A stretch of DNA of 64,000 nt from Curvibacter sp. (GCA_020248905.1 JADCGR010000026.1:5321-69320), one strand, 5' to 3'; counted from the first letter of the stretch, positions 52,640 to 61,852 are shown. Made by a program: numbers and translations. The notes: generated by a model from the sequence alone, not told the origin.

Positions 52640-53755
52640 CTATCTGATCTGGGCAATCAGGGGCGCGCCCTGCACCACGACGCGCTGGCCCGCCTCCAGG
52701 CCCTGGGTCACGAGCACGGTGCGCGCGTCCAGCGGCTGCGCCTGCACGGCCTGCGGGCGGAAGCGCTCGGCGCTGGTCTTGATCCAGACCACGGGCTCGT
52801 TGGCCGGGTTGCGCACCACGGCCTGCGCCGGCAGCACCACACCGCGGCTGCGCTCCTTGAGTTGCACGATCAACTGCACCGGCTGGCCGATGGCCAGCGG
52901 CAGCGCGGCGCCACGCTGCGCGTTCTGCACGGTGAAGGTCAGCGGCAGCATTCCATCGCGCAGCGCACGTGCGACCCCCAGCAGCTTCAGGCGCGCCTGC
53001 GGCACGTCTGCCAGCTGCGCACCCGCGATGCGCGGCCCCAGCGTGGCATCGGGTGTGACCGCCTCCACATGCATGGAAGCCGGGTCCACCACCTCGAACA
53101 GCAACTCGCGCGCCTGTACCACCTGGCCAGCCACCAAAGACACGCTGGCGACCACGCCCGAGACCGGCGCCGTCAAGGCCTCGCGTCGCGCGAGGCTGGC
53201 GCCCACGCTGGCCTCGCGCTCGCGCAGGCCCACCAGCTCGGCGCGCGCCGCGTCGATGTCCTTGCGCGGCACTGTGCCCTCCAGGCCTTCGAGGCGCTGC
53301 ACGCGCCGCTCGGCCAGCAGGCGCTGCGTGCGCAGTTCCGCCAGCTGGCTTTGCTGGTTGGCCGCAGCATAGGGCTCGGCTTCATATCGCACGTAAGCCA
53401 GCACCTCACCGGCTCGCACCGCCTGGCCAGCCACCGGCAGGCCGCGCGGTCCGGGTTCGATGCGCCCGCCATAGACGGCCTGCACCCGGCCACTGCGGTT
53501 GGGGTCCATCACCACCCGCGCGGGGAGCTGCAGCGTGGCTGCGGCCTCGCCCACGGCGCTTGGCGTGGTGCGCACCGCCAGCCGACGTTGCGCGTCCTTG
53601 GGCAGGTTGACGCTGCCGTCGGGCAGGCGCGCGAGGCCAGCGGCACCGGCCAGCGGCGCCTCTTCTTCATGGGCATGGCCTTCACGGGCTTGCACGGGGG
53701 CCTGCGGGGGTGCCAGCCACAGGGCGAGCACAAGCAAGGGCAGAGGGTGTTTCAT
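52640..53755 (-). CDS. Efflux RND periplasmic adaptor (CusB/CzcB-like)
   Basis: ORF 52640..53863 trimmed to the ATG at 53755 (MKHPLPLLVLALWLAPPQAPVQAREGHAHEEE...). It has coiled-coil and beta-barrel segments. Confidence 0.8.
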   Translation of the reverse strand: MKHPLPLLVLALWLAPPQAPVQAREGHAHEEEAPLAGAAGLARLPDGSVNLPKDAQRRLAVRTTPSAVGEAAATLQLPARVVMDPNRSGRVQAVYGGRIEPGPRGLPVAGQAVRAGEVLAYVRYEAEPYAAANQQSQLAELRTQRLLAERRVQRLEGLEGTVPRKDIDAARAELVGLREREASVGASLARREALTAPVSGVVASVSLVAGQVVQARELLFEVVDPASMHVEAVTPDATLGPRIAGAQLADVPQARLKLLGVARALRDGMLPLTFTVQNAQRGAALPLAIGQPVQLIVQLKERSRGVVLPAQAVVRNPANEPVVWIKTSAERFRPQAVQAQPLDARTVLVTQGLEAGQRVVVQGAPLIAQIR

Positions 53756-54360
53756 ACGGGTTCTCCCAAGCCGCGCAACGCACGGGCGCTGCGCCGCAGA
53801 TACACATAAACGCCCAGAGCCAGCGCGGCTGCAAAGGCCAGGCCAGCGAACACGAAGCCCCATGGCAGTTCATCGGCATGCTCGGCCGGTGCCAGCTGCA
53901 GCGGGCGACGCAAGGTGCCGTCGAGCAGGTCGCTCTCGGCGCCCAGGTTGATGGTGAACACCAGCGCATGCTCATCGCCCTGGCGCAGCAGCGCGAGCAG
54001 ACGCTCGTCGGTGGCGGCGTAGTCACCCGTTGCGGCGCGAAAACTCGCACCGGCCTCGACGCCGCCGGACTCCACGCTCACCCGGGCGCCCAGCACCGGC
54101 TCGTTGCTGTTGTAACGATCGATCAGCAGCGTGAAGCCGGTGTCTTCAAGCCGCCCCACGAGTTCAAAGGCGTCGGAATGGGCCTCCACACGCGGTTGGC
54201 CTGTGCCGCTGATGGGCTTTGCCGGGTTACCGTGGTCATCGCCTCCGTGGGCCCGGGCCAGACCGGACAGACCCAAAAGACCCAAAAGACCCAACAGACC
54301 CAGCAGGCCAGCCAGCGCGAGGACGTGCCCGCACCTGAAAAAAGTGTTCCATGACTTCAT
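53752..54360 (-). CDS. Hypothetical secreted or membrane-anchored protein with an (LLG)n signal region, an AHGGDDHGNP motif and a C-terminal TM helix
   Basis: ORF 53752..54369 trimmed to the ATG at 54360, an ATGA overlap with the upstream OMF stop. A 4-nt overlap links it to the downstream adaptor start. Confidence 0.5.
   Translation of the reverse strand: MKSWNTFFRCGHVLALAGLLGLLGLLGLLGLSGLARAHGGDDHGNPAKPISGTGQPRVEAHSDAFELVGRLEDTGFTLLIDRYNSNEPVLGARVSVESGGVEAGASFRAATGDYAATDERLLALLRQGDEHALVFTINLGAESDLLDGTLRRPLQLAPAEHADELPWGFVFAGLAFAAALALGVYVYLRRSARALRGLGEPV
54267..54306. repeat. Imperfect 9-nt tandem repeat (agacccaaa / agacccaac / agacccagc) encoding LLGLLGLLGLLGL
   Basis: Seen directly at 54267-54306, inside the signal-peptide region of CDS 53752..54360. 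Confidence 0.7.
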
Positions 54361-55583
54361 GGCAACCATCCCAAAGCTTGTTGATAACGGGCGCGCGCCA
54401 GTCCCAGCGCGGCCTCCTGACGGGTGCGGGCCGCCTGGGCCTGGCTCGCGGTGTTGAGCGCGCGCAGCAGCTCGGGCAAAGCCAGCTCGCCAGCGGCAAA
54501 CGCGCGCCGCAACAGGCCCGCGCGCTCCTGCAACAGATCGGCACGCTCGCGCTCGGCCTCGCGCCTGGCCTCTGCACTGCGCAGCGCAAGGCGGGCGGTC
54601 TCCAGGGCCGCCGCGAGCTGCTCGCGCAGGCGCTGTGCCGTGGTCTCGGCCACTTCGAGCTCGCCCAGCGCGGCAGCCTCCAGCGGGAGATAGCGGTCTT
54701 GGGTGCCCAGCGGCAGGCGCAGCTTCACGCCCAAGCTGTTCTGCGCGCTGCTGGAGGGGCTTTGCTCCTGGCGGTAGCCCACGCTGAGCTCGGGCGCATC
54801 GCGCCGCGAGTGCTGCACCAGCTCCAGCCGGCTGCGGCTGAAAGCCAGGCGGCGCTGCGCGAGCGCAAGCTCGGGGTGGCTCTCGCCCAGCATGGCGTCG
54901 CCCGGCGCTTCGGGCTCGGCGGTGTCCGGGTCCAGCGCCTGGCCCGTCAGCACCTGCCAGCGCGCGCGCGCTTCGGCCAGACGCTGCGTGGCTTCCTGCA
55001 GCTGCGCCTGCGCAGCCAGCAGCTCGGCGCGCGCCGCCATGGCGTCGGCGCGGGCCAGATCACCGGCGCGCACGCGGCGCGCCACATCGTCGGCCAGCGC
55101 CTGCAGCACCTGCTGCTGGGCCTGCGCCTGTGCCAGCTCGGCCTGCAGCAGGCGCAAGCCCCAGGCCAGCTCGCGCAACTCGCCAGCCAGCCGCAGCTGC
55201 AGCGCGCGCATCTGCTCCTGGGCCAGCTGGGTCTGCAGCTCGGCCGTGGTCTGCCGCGCCGAACGCTGCCCCGGCAGCCACAAGGGCCAGGCCAGGCCCA
55301 GATCGGTTTCGTTCTGGCCGCTGGCGGAGCTGCGGCCTTCACGCCGCCCCAGCTCCAGCGCAGGCGGGCGCGCCCACAGGGCGTCCGCCGCGGTGCGCGC
55401 CGCATCGGCGCCACGCTGCTGCGCGCCGGCCTCGCGCGCCGCCACAGAGCGCTGCCAGGCGGCGGCCAGCGCAGACTTCAATGCAATGCGTGTGTCGGCT
55501 GCGGCGGTAACGGTCTGCGCCTGCACGGCGCCCAGGGCCACGCCCAGCGCGGCGGCCAGGACCCACTTGAAAAAGGAATACAC
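54357..55583 (-). CDS. TolC-family outer-membrane efflux protein (CusC/CzcC-like)
   Basis: 408-aa ORF with a signal peptide and long Ala/Leu/Gln/Arg-rich coiled-coil repeats typical of OMFs. It is the first large gene of the RND operon. Confidence 0.8.
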   Translation of the reverse strand: MYSFFKWVLAAALGVALGAVQAQTVTAAADTRIALKSALAAAWQRSVAAREAGAQQRGADAARTAADALWARPPALELGRREGRSSASGQNETDLGLAWPLWLPGQRSARQTTAELQTQLAQEQMRALQLRLAGELRELAWGLRLLQAELAQAQAQQQVLQALADDVARRVRAGDLARADAMAARAELLAAQAQLQEATQRLAEARARWQVLTGQALDPDTAEPEAPGDAMLGESHPELALAQRRLAFSRSRLELVQHSRRDAPELSVGYRQEQSPSSSAQNSLGVKLRLPLGTQDRYLPLEAAALGELEVAETTAQRLREQLAAALETARLALRSAEARREAERERADLLQERAGLLRRAFAAGELALPELLRALNTASQAQAARTRQEAALGLARARYQQALGWLP

Positions 55584-55690
55584 CTGAGGACTCCCGAAGT
55601 AATCTGTACAACCCGTGCGCGCCGGCCAGGCGGCAGGCCACGGGCAAGCCAGCCGCCTACGCGCCCCAGGGGCACGGCAAGCGGCGGGGG

Positions 55691-56056
55691 TCAGATCAGG
55701 CTTCGGGGGGGACGGCGCAGGCCGTCGAGATAGGGCGGAGGTGGCACGGACTGCGCCGCCTGCGCTACATGCTGCGGCAGCGGCTCCAGCGCAACGAGCA
55801 CGCCGGCCGCCACGACACCGAAGTGATGCATGCAGCAGTCGGACATCATGTGCGCATAAGAGTCTTCGGACTGATCGGCGTGGATGGTGCCGTCGGTGTC
55901 GTGGTGATGCACCTCGCCCTGCCAGTGCATCAGGGAGTGCTCCAGCGCCTCGCCCTGCGCGGCCATGAACTGCGGCAGGCCTGCCGCCGAAGCGACTTGC
56001 CAGACGTTCATGAGAACCAGCAGGAGGGCGATGAGACGGCTACGCACGGGTGGCAT
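55691..56056 (-). CDS. Small His/Met/Cys-rich secreted protein, possibly CzcI-like
   Basis: 121-aa ORF with a signal peptide, then HSLMHWQGEVHHHDTDGTIHADQSEDSYAHMMSDCCMHHF. It lies upstream of the OMF gene. Confidence 0.5.
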   Translation of the reverse strand: MPPVRSRLIALLLVLMNVWQVASAAGLPQFMAAQGEALEHSLMHWQGEVHHHDTDGTIHADQSEDSYAHMMSDCCMHHFGVVAAGVLVALEPLPQHVAQAAQSVPPPPYLDGLRRPPRSLI

Positions 56057-56191
56057 GTTAACAGCCGGCCGCGCGGCCCCGATACGGGCGGGGGCTTCGG
56101 CCCGCGCCCGCCACCGGGTAATCCGCTCCAGTCACGCCGATCCAACACCGCGCAAAGCCTACTTGCGTCTACAACACAATCTTCATTAAAT

Positions 56192-56497
56192 TCAAGTGCT
56201 TTTCTTGAAGAAGTATCCGATGATCATTCCGGCAAGAGCACCTGTAGTTCCGTCAGTGACGAGATCGTAGTATCCCAAGAGCCCAATACAAGCGAATGCC
56301 ACGGTCATCGTTAGCAAGGTACCTGTCAAGTTCAAGACCTTCGACCCGGTGGTTTGGCCTGAAAGGATAGCCAACTCTTTCATGGTCGAGGCGACAAATT
56401 CCTTCGCTTCTGAGGAGCTAAGAAGCTCCTTCCATGCTCGAATGTTGTCGGCAGTCGTAGAGACCTCTATTTTCTGCTCGTCAGATTTTTCGCTCAT
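56192..56497 (-). CDS. Low-GC orphan encoding a 101-aa protein with two predicted C-terminal TM helices
   Basis: ORF MSEKSDEQKIEVSTTADNIRAWKELLSSSEAKEF...LNLTGTLLTMTVAFACIGLLGYY...TTGALAGMIIGYFFKKST. It is AT-rich compared with all neighbours. Confidence 0.5.
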   Translation of the reverse strand: MSEKSDEQKIEVSTTADNIRAWKELLSSSEAKEFVASTMKELAILSGQTTGSKVLNLTGTLLTMTVAFACIGLLGYYDLVTDGTTGALAGMIIGYFFKKST

Positions 56498-56724
56498 CTC
56501 AATTTCTCCGATTCAAGGTTCGTTCATTTTCTGAAGGTTGCGCGGAACAGCCTTGACAAGATCTAGCAGATCGGCTGACGGAAGCGCCACCATGCAACGG
56601 GGGAAATGCTACAGATGCGCACCCGGTGCCGTAGCGTACAAGGGCTACCCTCGATTTCGGCAGACAAGTTACTTGATGTGAAGCCCTTATCAACAGACGG
56701 TCTACAACGTCAACGGACTTCCGC

Positions 56725-57390
56725 TCACGCCCTCGTGCCGTCCTGCGGACCCGCCACCCTGAGCGCCTGCGCAGGATACGGCACCAGAAAGTCGTCACGG
56801 GTGGCGGCGTCGGCGCGCAGCCAGTCGGCATAGCGCTCGGGCGGCAGGATAACCACCATGCGCTTTTCTTCACCGGGTTTGTGAAACTGCCGCATGAGCG
56901 GGTGGGCGTCGGCGTTGATGGTGAGCATGGTGTAGCTGTGCACGATGCTGCCCTGCGGTGAGCGCCAGCGTGCCCACAGCCCGGCCAGGCCCATGGGCTC
57001 GCCATCGGCCAGGGCAATGCGCGCGGGCACGGCCTTGCCGCTGCGCCAGTCAGGCTCAAAGATGGCTTCGGCCGGGATGATGCAGTGCTGCCCGCGCTGC
57101 CAGGCATCGCGAAAGCTGGGTTTCTCGGCCACGGTTTCGCTGCGCGCGTTGTAGGTGTGACGGCCGATGCGCGTGTCCCGGGCCCAATGGGGCACCAGGC
57201 CAAACAGGCCAGCCAGCGCTTCGTGCGGCGGCACGGCGTCGTCGCCCACGTCAGCATGCGCGTGCTTGCGGATGAAACAGCCTTGCAGCAGGGGCCAGAT
57301 GTCATACGGGGTGGGCCCGGCGGGCGGCGAAATGCCGTAGCGGCGCTCAAACCGCTCGCGGCTGGCCACGCCCTGGTAATGGCTGCACAT
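56725..57390 (-). CDS. SOS response-associated peptidase (SRAP/YedK family)
   Basis: 221-aa ORF starting MCSHY (catalytic Cys2), with ...NARSETVAEKPSFRDAW...HCIIPA. Confidence 0.85.
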   Translation of the reverse strand: MCSHYQGVASRERFERRYGISPPAGPTPYDIWPLLQGCFIRKHAHADVGDDAVPPHEALAGLFGLVPHWARDTRIGRHTYNARSETVAEKPSFRDAWQRGQHCIIPAEAIFEPDWRSGKAVPARIALADGEPMGLAGLWARWRSPQGSIVHSYTMLTINADAHPLMRQFHKPGEEKRMVVILPPERYADWLRADAATRDDFLVPYPAQALRVAGPQDGTRA

Positions 57391-57422
57391 GGCGGCGTGC
57401 CTGCTTGGTCGGAGGCACGCGC

Positions 57423-57797
57423 CTAGGCGCGGGGCGACGCCAGAAACGCCGCCTGGCTGATGGGCGAAACGGTCTGAAAGGCAGGCCGGGCGATCCGATA
57501 GCCCTGCATGAGGCGGATGCCTGCATCACGCAGGAAGTCGCGCTCACCCGCAGTCCCGATGCCTTCGGCCACCCAGGTGATCCTCATTTCCTCGCAAAGG
57601 CGCGCCAGGGCCTCGTGGGCATAAATGATCTGGCTCACCACATCCACGATGGGCTGGAACGCGTAGTCGAACTGGAAGCCCACGCGCTCGGCGCTGCCGC
57701 ATTCCCCGCAATCGCGGGCGGTGCCGGGCAGGGGGTTGAAATCAGAGAAAAACAAGGGCGGTGCAATGATCCCCGGAGGCTTGCTCATGCAGCCCAT
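57423..57797 (-). pseudogene. EAL-domain remnant in which the first and last EAL blocks are joined in frame and the middle is missing
   Basis: 124-aa ORF. FDYAFQPIVDVVSQIIYAHEALAR runs directly into ITWVAEGIGTAGERDFLRDAGIRLMQGYRIARP. No DDFG(T/A)GYS block or the roughly 130 aa expected between them is present. Confidence 0.55.
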
Positions 57798-57831
57798 TTT
57801 GACACCGGGGCACAGCGTGTATCAAGCTTCC

Positions 57832-58833
57832 CTACATGGGCAGGGCCCGGTTGTCACCATCGGCCAGCGACACGGCCTTGAGGTGCAGCTGGTAGCGCCC
57901 GGAGTTCACCAGGTCCAGTACCTGCTGTGAGGACCAGGGCGAACTGGGGGCATAGCTCAGGCGGACCTCGACTCCCTGCCCGCGTCTGAGGCTCTGGCGC
58001 ATGAAGGCATACCAAGGCACGGCGTCAGGCGTGGCGGGGTTGATCAGCAGCAGCGGCCGGCCCGTGCGGGTGTCGTAGAGCGCCACATCAAATGTGATGC
58101 GTGACAGGCTCGCATAACCGATGTTCTGCACGTCCACAATGACGGCGATTTCGTCAGCGCCTGAGGCGCCCTTGACAACTTCGGCGCGGCGCAGTGTCAT
58201 GACCACCTGTTGCGGCACGTCGATGCGCACGCGGCTATCCGCCGTTGCGCTGGCGATGACGGGCGCAGGGGCCGCTGCAGCAGCGGGGTCTGGCACCGTC
58301 GCCGGGGCTGATGCAGCCGATGCAGCCGGTGCAGGCGCCTGGACGGCGGGCGCCGATGCAGCGGGCTTGGGCGCGGGCGGCTTGGGTGCAGGCCTGGGCT
58401 TCGGGCTGGTCGCCACCACAGGGGGCAGCTGCGGCCCGGGCTCAAGCATCATGTAGACCGTGCCGCCAATGGCCACGAGCAGGGCGAGCACCGCGACCAA
58501 GACCACCAAGCGGTAACGTCGCATCACATCACCCAGCCAGGGCCGCAGGCGACGCGCAGCCGTCCTGCGGGCGGCGGCCAGTTCGTCGAGCACCCGCTGG
58601 CACTTGGCCTCGAAGTCTGCGGGCGACTTGAGCCGGAAACCCTCCTCGCTAATGGCCTGCTCCTGCAGGCCGTGCAGATAGAGGATGCGCTTGTGCAGCT
58701 CGGGCGGCACCACATAGCGCGTGGTGCCCAGGCGTTCGCTCAGGCTGCTACCCGTGCTACCCCAGTCGCGCTGGAGCGTGCGCTCGATGCGCCGGCACAC
58801 ATCGTTTACCCGCTCCCTATCCTTGTCGCTCAT
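57832..58833 (-). CDS. Hypothetical single-pass membrane protein with a Pro/Ala-rich linker and a C-terminal beta-rich domain
   Basis: 333-aa ORF. Its start overlaps the stop of the upstream monooxygenase remnant (ATGA). Confidence 0.55.
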   Translation of the reverse strand: MSDKDRERVNDVCRRIERTLQRDWGSTGSSLSERLGTTRYVVPPELHKRILYLHGLQEQAISEEGFRLKSPADFEAKCQRVLDELAAARRTAARRLRPWLGDVMRRYRLVVLVAVLALLVAIGGTVYMMLEPGPQLPPVVATSPKPRPAPKPPAPKPAASAPAVQAPAPAASAASAPATVPDPAAAAAPAPVIASATADSRVRIDVPQQVVMTLRRAEVVKGASGADEIAVIVDVQNIGYASLSRITFDVALYDTRTGRPLLLINPATPDAVPWYAFMRQSLRRGQGVEVRLSYAPSSPWSSQQVLDLVNSGRYQLHLKAVSLADGDNRALPM

Positions 58834-59752
58834 ACCTGCTCCTGTGGCACCCGGGCGCCGGGTGCGGTGGTGGGTGATGCCGCATTCAGTGCATCGATGG
58901 CAAAGCCAGCGGCCTGCTTGATGCGGGCCGTGAACTCGTCACGCTCGGCCTTGGGAATGACATCGTCGATGTTATCCAAGACGCCGCTGCAGTGCTCGTC
59001 GGCGTGGCCCAGGATGGCAAAGGGTCCTGAGCTGCGGTTGCGCAGCACCAGGGCCGAGACGCCCTTGCACAGCTTCGCTTCGCACGCCTGCAGGGCCACC
59101 TGGCCGTCCAACCAGGTGGGCACGGCATGGTGGTCGAACATGGGGTACTCGAACAATTCTTTGGCGCGGCGCTGCATGATGGCGCCGCCCCACTGGATGG
59201 GCGGCTGCTTCGGGTGCGTCTGTGCGCGGATGGGCGAGTGCAGGCCATCCACAGCCATCAGCAGTAGGCCCGCCACTTCGCGGCGCTGACCGTCGCGGGT
59301 TTTGATGAAGGCCGTGACGCCCCGCGAGTCGTTGCGGTAGCCCGTCACGCGGCAGCCCGTGTGCACCGCTTGTGGCCCCAGGCGCCGCTGGACCTCGGCC
59401 AGCAGCAGCATCTGCAATTGGCCGCAGTGCACGGCGTACAGCGGCCACCTGTAGCCGGCCAGCAGGCCGCGCGGACCGGCGTACACGTCATTGCCATTGC
59501 GGCCAACCAGCGCCCATTCGCGCGCCTGGATGGCGATGGTGTCGAGCTGCGCGGCGTCGATGCCCAGGTCGTCGAGCTCGCGTACGGCATTGGGTTGCAG
59601 GTTGATGCGCACACCCGGGGTCGCGGTTCGGGCACATCCTCGTAGACCGGGCAGGGCATGCCGATGGGGTACAGGGTGCGAGCCAGGGCCAGGCCGCCGA
59701 TGCCGCTGCCGACAATGAAGACAGGAGTGGGGACTTGATGGAGATCGGACAT
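58830..59752 (-). pseudogene. FAD-dependent monooxygenase, frameshifted and apparently internally deleted
   Basis: The N-terminus MSDLHQVPTPVFIVGSGIGGLALARTL...VYEDVPEPRP (frame of ORF 59345..59815) continues only after a 1-nt shift near 59615-59625 as GVRINLQPNAVRELDDLG (ORF 58830..59612). No GDAAH-type motif is visible before the C-terminal block ALVLRNRSSGP...IKQAAGF. Confidence 0.65.
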
Positions 59753-60041
59753 GGAGGGGGGCTCAGGGTTGCTGCCCTCCATTGTCCCGAAAAAAGGGCC
59801 GGGGTCGAAACACACCGGATGACGCGCTGGCCGAACTGCGTGGAGACGGCGCGCACCACATCGACCGGGTTCTCGCTGGCGACGGCCTGTCTTATGGACT
59901 CATCAAGATCAACTTGTCCGGGCCGGTACTTGGGCATATCAGCAGGCGTGGCGGGCAAAATGGCGCCTCTTGGGTGCCGGTTCGGGCGGGCGCGGGCATT
60001 GCCCCCTCCGGGCAGTCGGCTCTGCGCTGGAACCCCCGCCC

Positions 60042-61133
60042 CTACTGGACCAGCGCGACCGACTTGACCTGCACCCAGACCGGCTGGCCCGGCGCCAGCT
60101 GCAGGGCATCGAGCGCGCGGCCCGTGATGCGCGCCAGCAGCAGGCTATCGGCACAACGCAGCCGCACCAGCACCTGTGAGGGGTGGCTGTCGGGCACGAT
60201 GGCGTCGATCACGCCAGGAAAATGGTTCTGGATGCTGGTGTGCTGCGGCTGCGCCGTCGTGAGGCTCACATCGCGCGCCAGCACGCGCAGGCGCACACTG
60301 CGGCTGACGGGTACGCCACTGTCGCGCAGCCACACGCTGCCGCCCGGGAAATCCACGCGGGCCAGCTGCCAGCGCGCGTCGCGCTCGGCCAGCGTGCCGT
60401 GCAGCAAGGCCCCCGTGTCCTCGCCCATCACCAGCGGGCTGTCGATGGCCGACAGTACCTCCTGCACCGGCCCGGCAGCGCGGACCCGCCCGCAGGCTAG
60501 CACCACCAGATGGTCGGCCAGACGCGCCAATTCGTCGGCCGAGTGGGTGATGTAGAGCATGGGGATGCTGAGCTCATCGCGAAGGCGCTCCAGCCAGGGC
60601 AGGATGTCCTGTCGGCGCGACGCGTCGAGCGCGGCCAGAGGCTCGTCGAGCAGCAGCAGGCGCGGCGACATGGCCAGCGCCCGTGCAATGGCCACGCGCT
60701 GGCGCTCGCCACCCGAGAGCTGCTGCGTGCCGCGACCCAGCAGCGAGCCGATGCCCAGCAGTTCCACCGCCTGCGCCAGCGTGGCCTCGGCCCCCGGATC
60801 GCGCACGCGGCGCAGGCCGTAGCGCAGATTGGCTCGCACGTCCAGGTGATCGAACAGGCTGGCTTCCTGGAACACATAGCCCAGCGGACGGCGGTGGGTG
60901 GGCAGGAAGACACCTGCTGCTTCGTCCTGCCAGACCGCGCCGTCGACCACCACGCGGGCCGTGCGCGCGCGCTCCAGGCCGGCCACGCAGCGCAGCACCG
61001 TGGTCTTGCCTGAGCCCGAGGGCCCGAAGAGCACGGTAATGCCGCGTGCCGGCAAAGCCAGGTCTACCTGGACCTCGAACTCGGCCCGTGGCAGGTTCAG
61101 GCGGACTTCAATGGGGGCAGCGGATGCGTTCAT
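60042..61133 (-). CDS. modC: Molybdate ABC transporter ATP-binding protein with a C-terminal TOBE/Mop domain
   Basis: 363-aa ORF with Walker [10 protein letters not shown], the signature [15 protein letters not shown], and Walker B LLLLDEP. Confidence 0.9.
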   Translation of the reverse strand: MNASAAPIEVRLNLPRAEFEVQVDLALPARGITVLFGPSGSGKTTVLRCVAGLERARTARVVVDGAVWQDEAAGVFLPTHRRPLGYVFQEASLFDHLDVRANLRYGLRRVRDPGAEATLAQAVELLGIGSLLGRGTQQLSGGERQRVAIARALAMSPRLLLLDEPLAALDASRRQDILPWLERLRDELSIPMLYITHSADELARLADHLVVLACGRVRAAGPVQEVLSAIDSPLVMGEDTGALLHGTLAERDARWQLARVDFPGGSVWLRDSGVPVSRSVRLRVLARDVSLTTAQPQHTSIQNHFPGVIDAIVPDSHPSQVLVRLRCADSLLLARITGRALDALQLAPGQPVWVQVKSVALVQ

Positions 61134-61813
61134 GGCAGCACCCGGGACTGCCCACGACGCAGCAGCGCGAGCAACAGCAGCACCACAAAGCTGAAGAGCA
61201 GCATGCCCGCAGCGAGCCAGTGCGCCTGGGCGTACTCCATGGCCTCGACGTGGCCGTAGATCTGCGTGGAGACCACGCGCGTCACGCCGGGAATGTTGCC
61301 GCCAATCATGAGCACCACGCCGAACTCGCCCACGGTGTGCGCAAAGCTCAGGATGGCGGCCGTGATCAGGCCGCCGCGCGCCTGGGGCAGTGCCACGGTG
61401 AAGAAAGCGTCCAGCGGCGAGGCGCGCAGGGTGGCCGCCACCTCCATGGGCCGGCGGCCCAGGGATTCAAAGGCGTGCTGCAGCGGCTGCACCGCAAAGG
61501 GCAAGGAGAACACGATGGAGCCAATCAGCAGCCCCGTAAAGGTAAATGACAGCACGCCCCAGCCCAGTGCCTGGGTCAGCTGGCCCAGCGGCCCATGCGG
61601 CCCCATGGCCACCAGCAGGTAAAAGCCCAGCACCGAGGGCGGCAGAACCAGCGGCAGGGTGACCAGCGCACTCACGGGCGCGCGCCAGCGCGAGGACGCG
61701 TGCGCCAGCCACCACGCCAGCGGCGTGGCAATCAGCAGGAGCAGCACGGTGGTCAGCGCGGCCAGCTCGACGGTGAGCCAGATGGCCTGCCAGGCTTCAG
61801 CGGATATGGGCAT
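61130..61813 (-). CDS. modB: Molybdate ABC transporter permease
   Basis: 227-aa polytopic ORF with a 4-nt overlap with modC and an EAA-like loop ([26 protein letters not shown]). Confidence 0.9.
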   Translation of the reverse strand: MPISAEAWQAIWLTVELAALTTVLLLLIATPLAWWLAHASSRWRAPVSALVTLPLVLPPSVLGFYLLVAMGPHGPLGQLTQALGWGVLSFTFTGLLIGSIVFSLPFAVQPLQHAFESLGRRPMEVAATLRASPLDAFFTVALPQARGGLITAAILSFAHTVGEFGVVLMIGGNIPGVTRVVSTQIYGHVEAMEYAQAHWLAAGMLLFSFVVLLLLALLRRGQSRVLP

Positions 61814-61852
61814 GGAACGAAATGATGCCCGGGAATCGAGAGACGGGCCGTG

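Noticed and set aside
57391-57430. LexA/SOS box upstream of the SRAP gene
   Set aside because: No CTGT-N8-ACAG-like palindrome is seen in the short upstream region.
59816-59958. Short coding-like minus-strand stretch (MPKYRPGQVDLDESIRQAVASENPVDVVRAVSTQFGQRVIR) upstream of the monooxygenase remnant
   Set aside because: It is too short and has no recognisable motif. Its frame degenerates into junk that overlaps the monooxygenase start. It is mentioned only as possible debris in the eroded patch and is not called as a gene.
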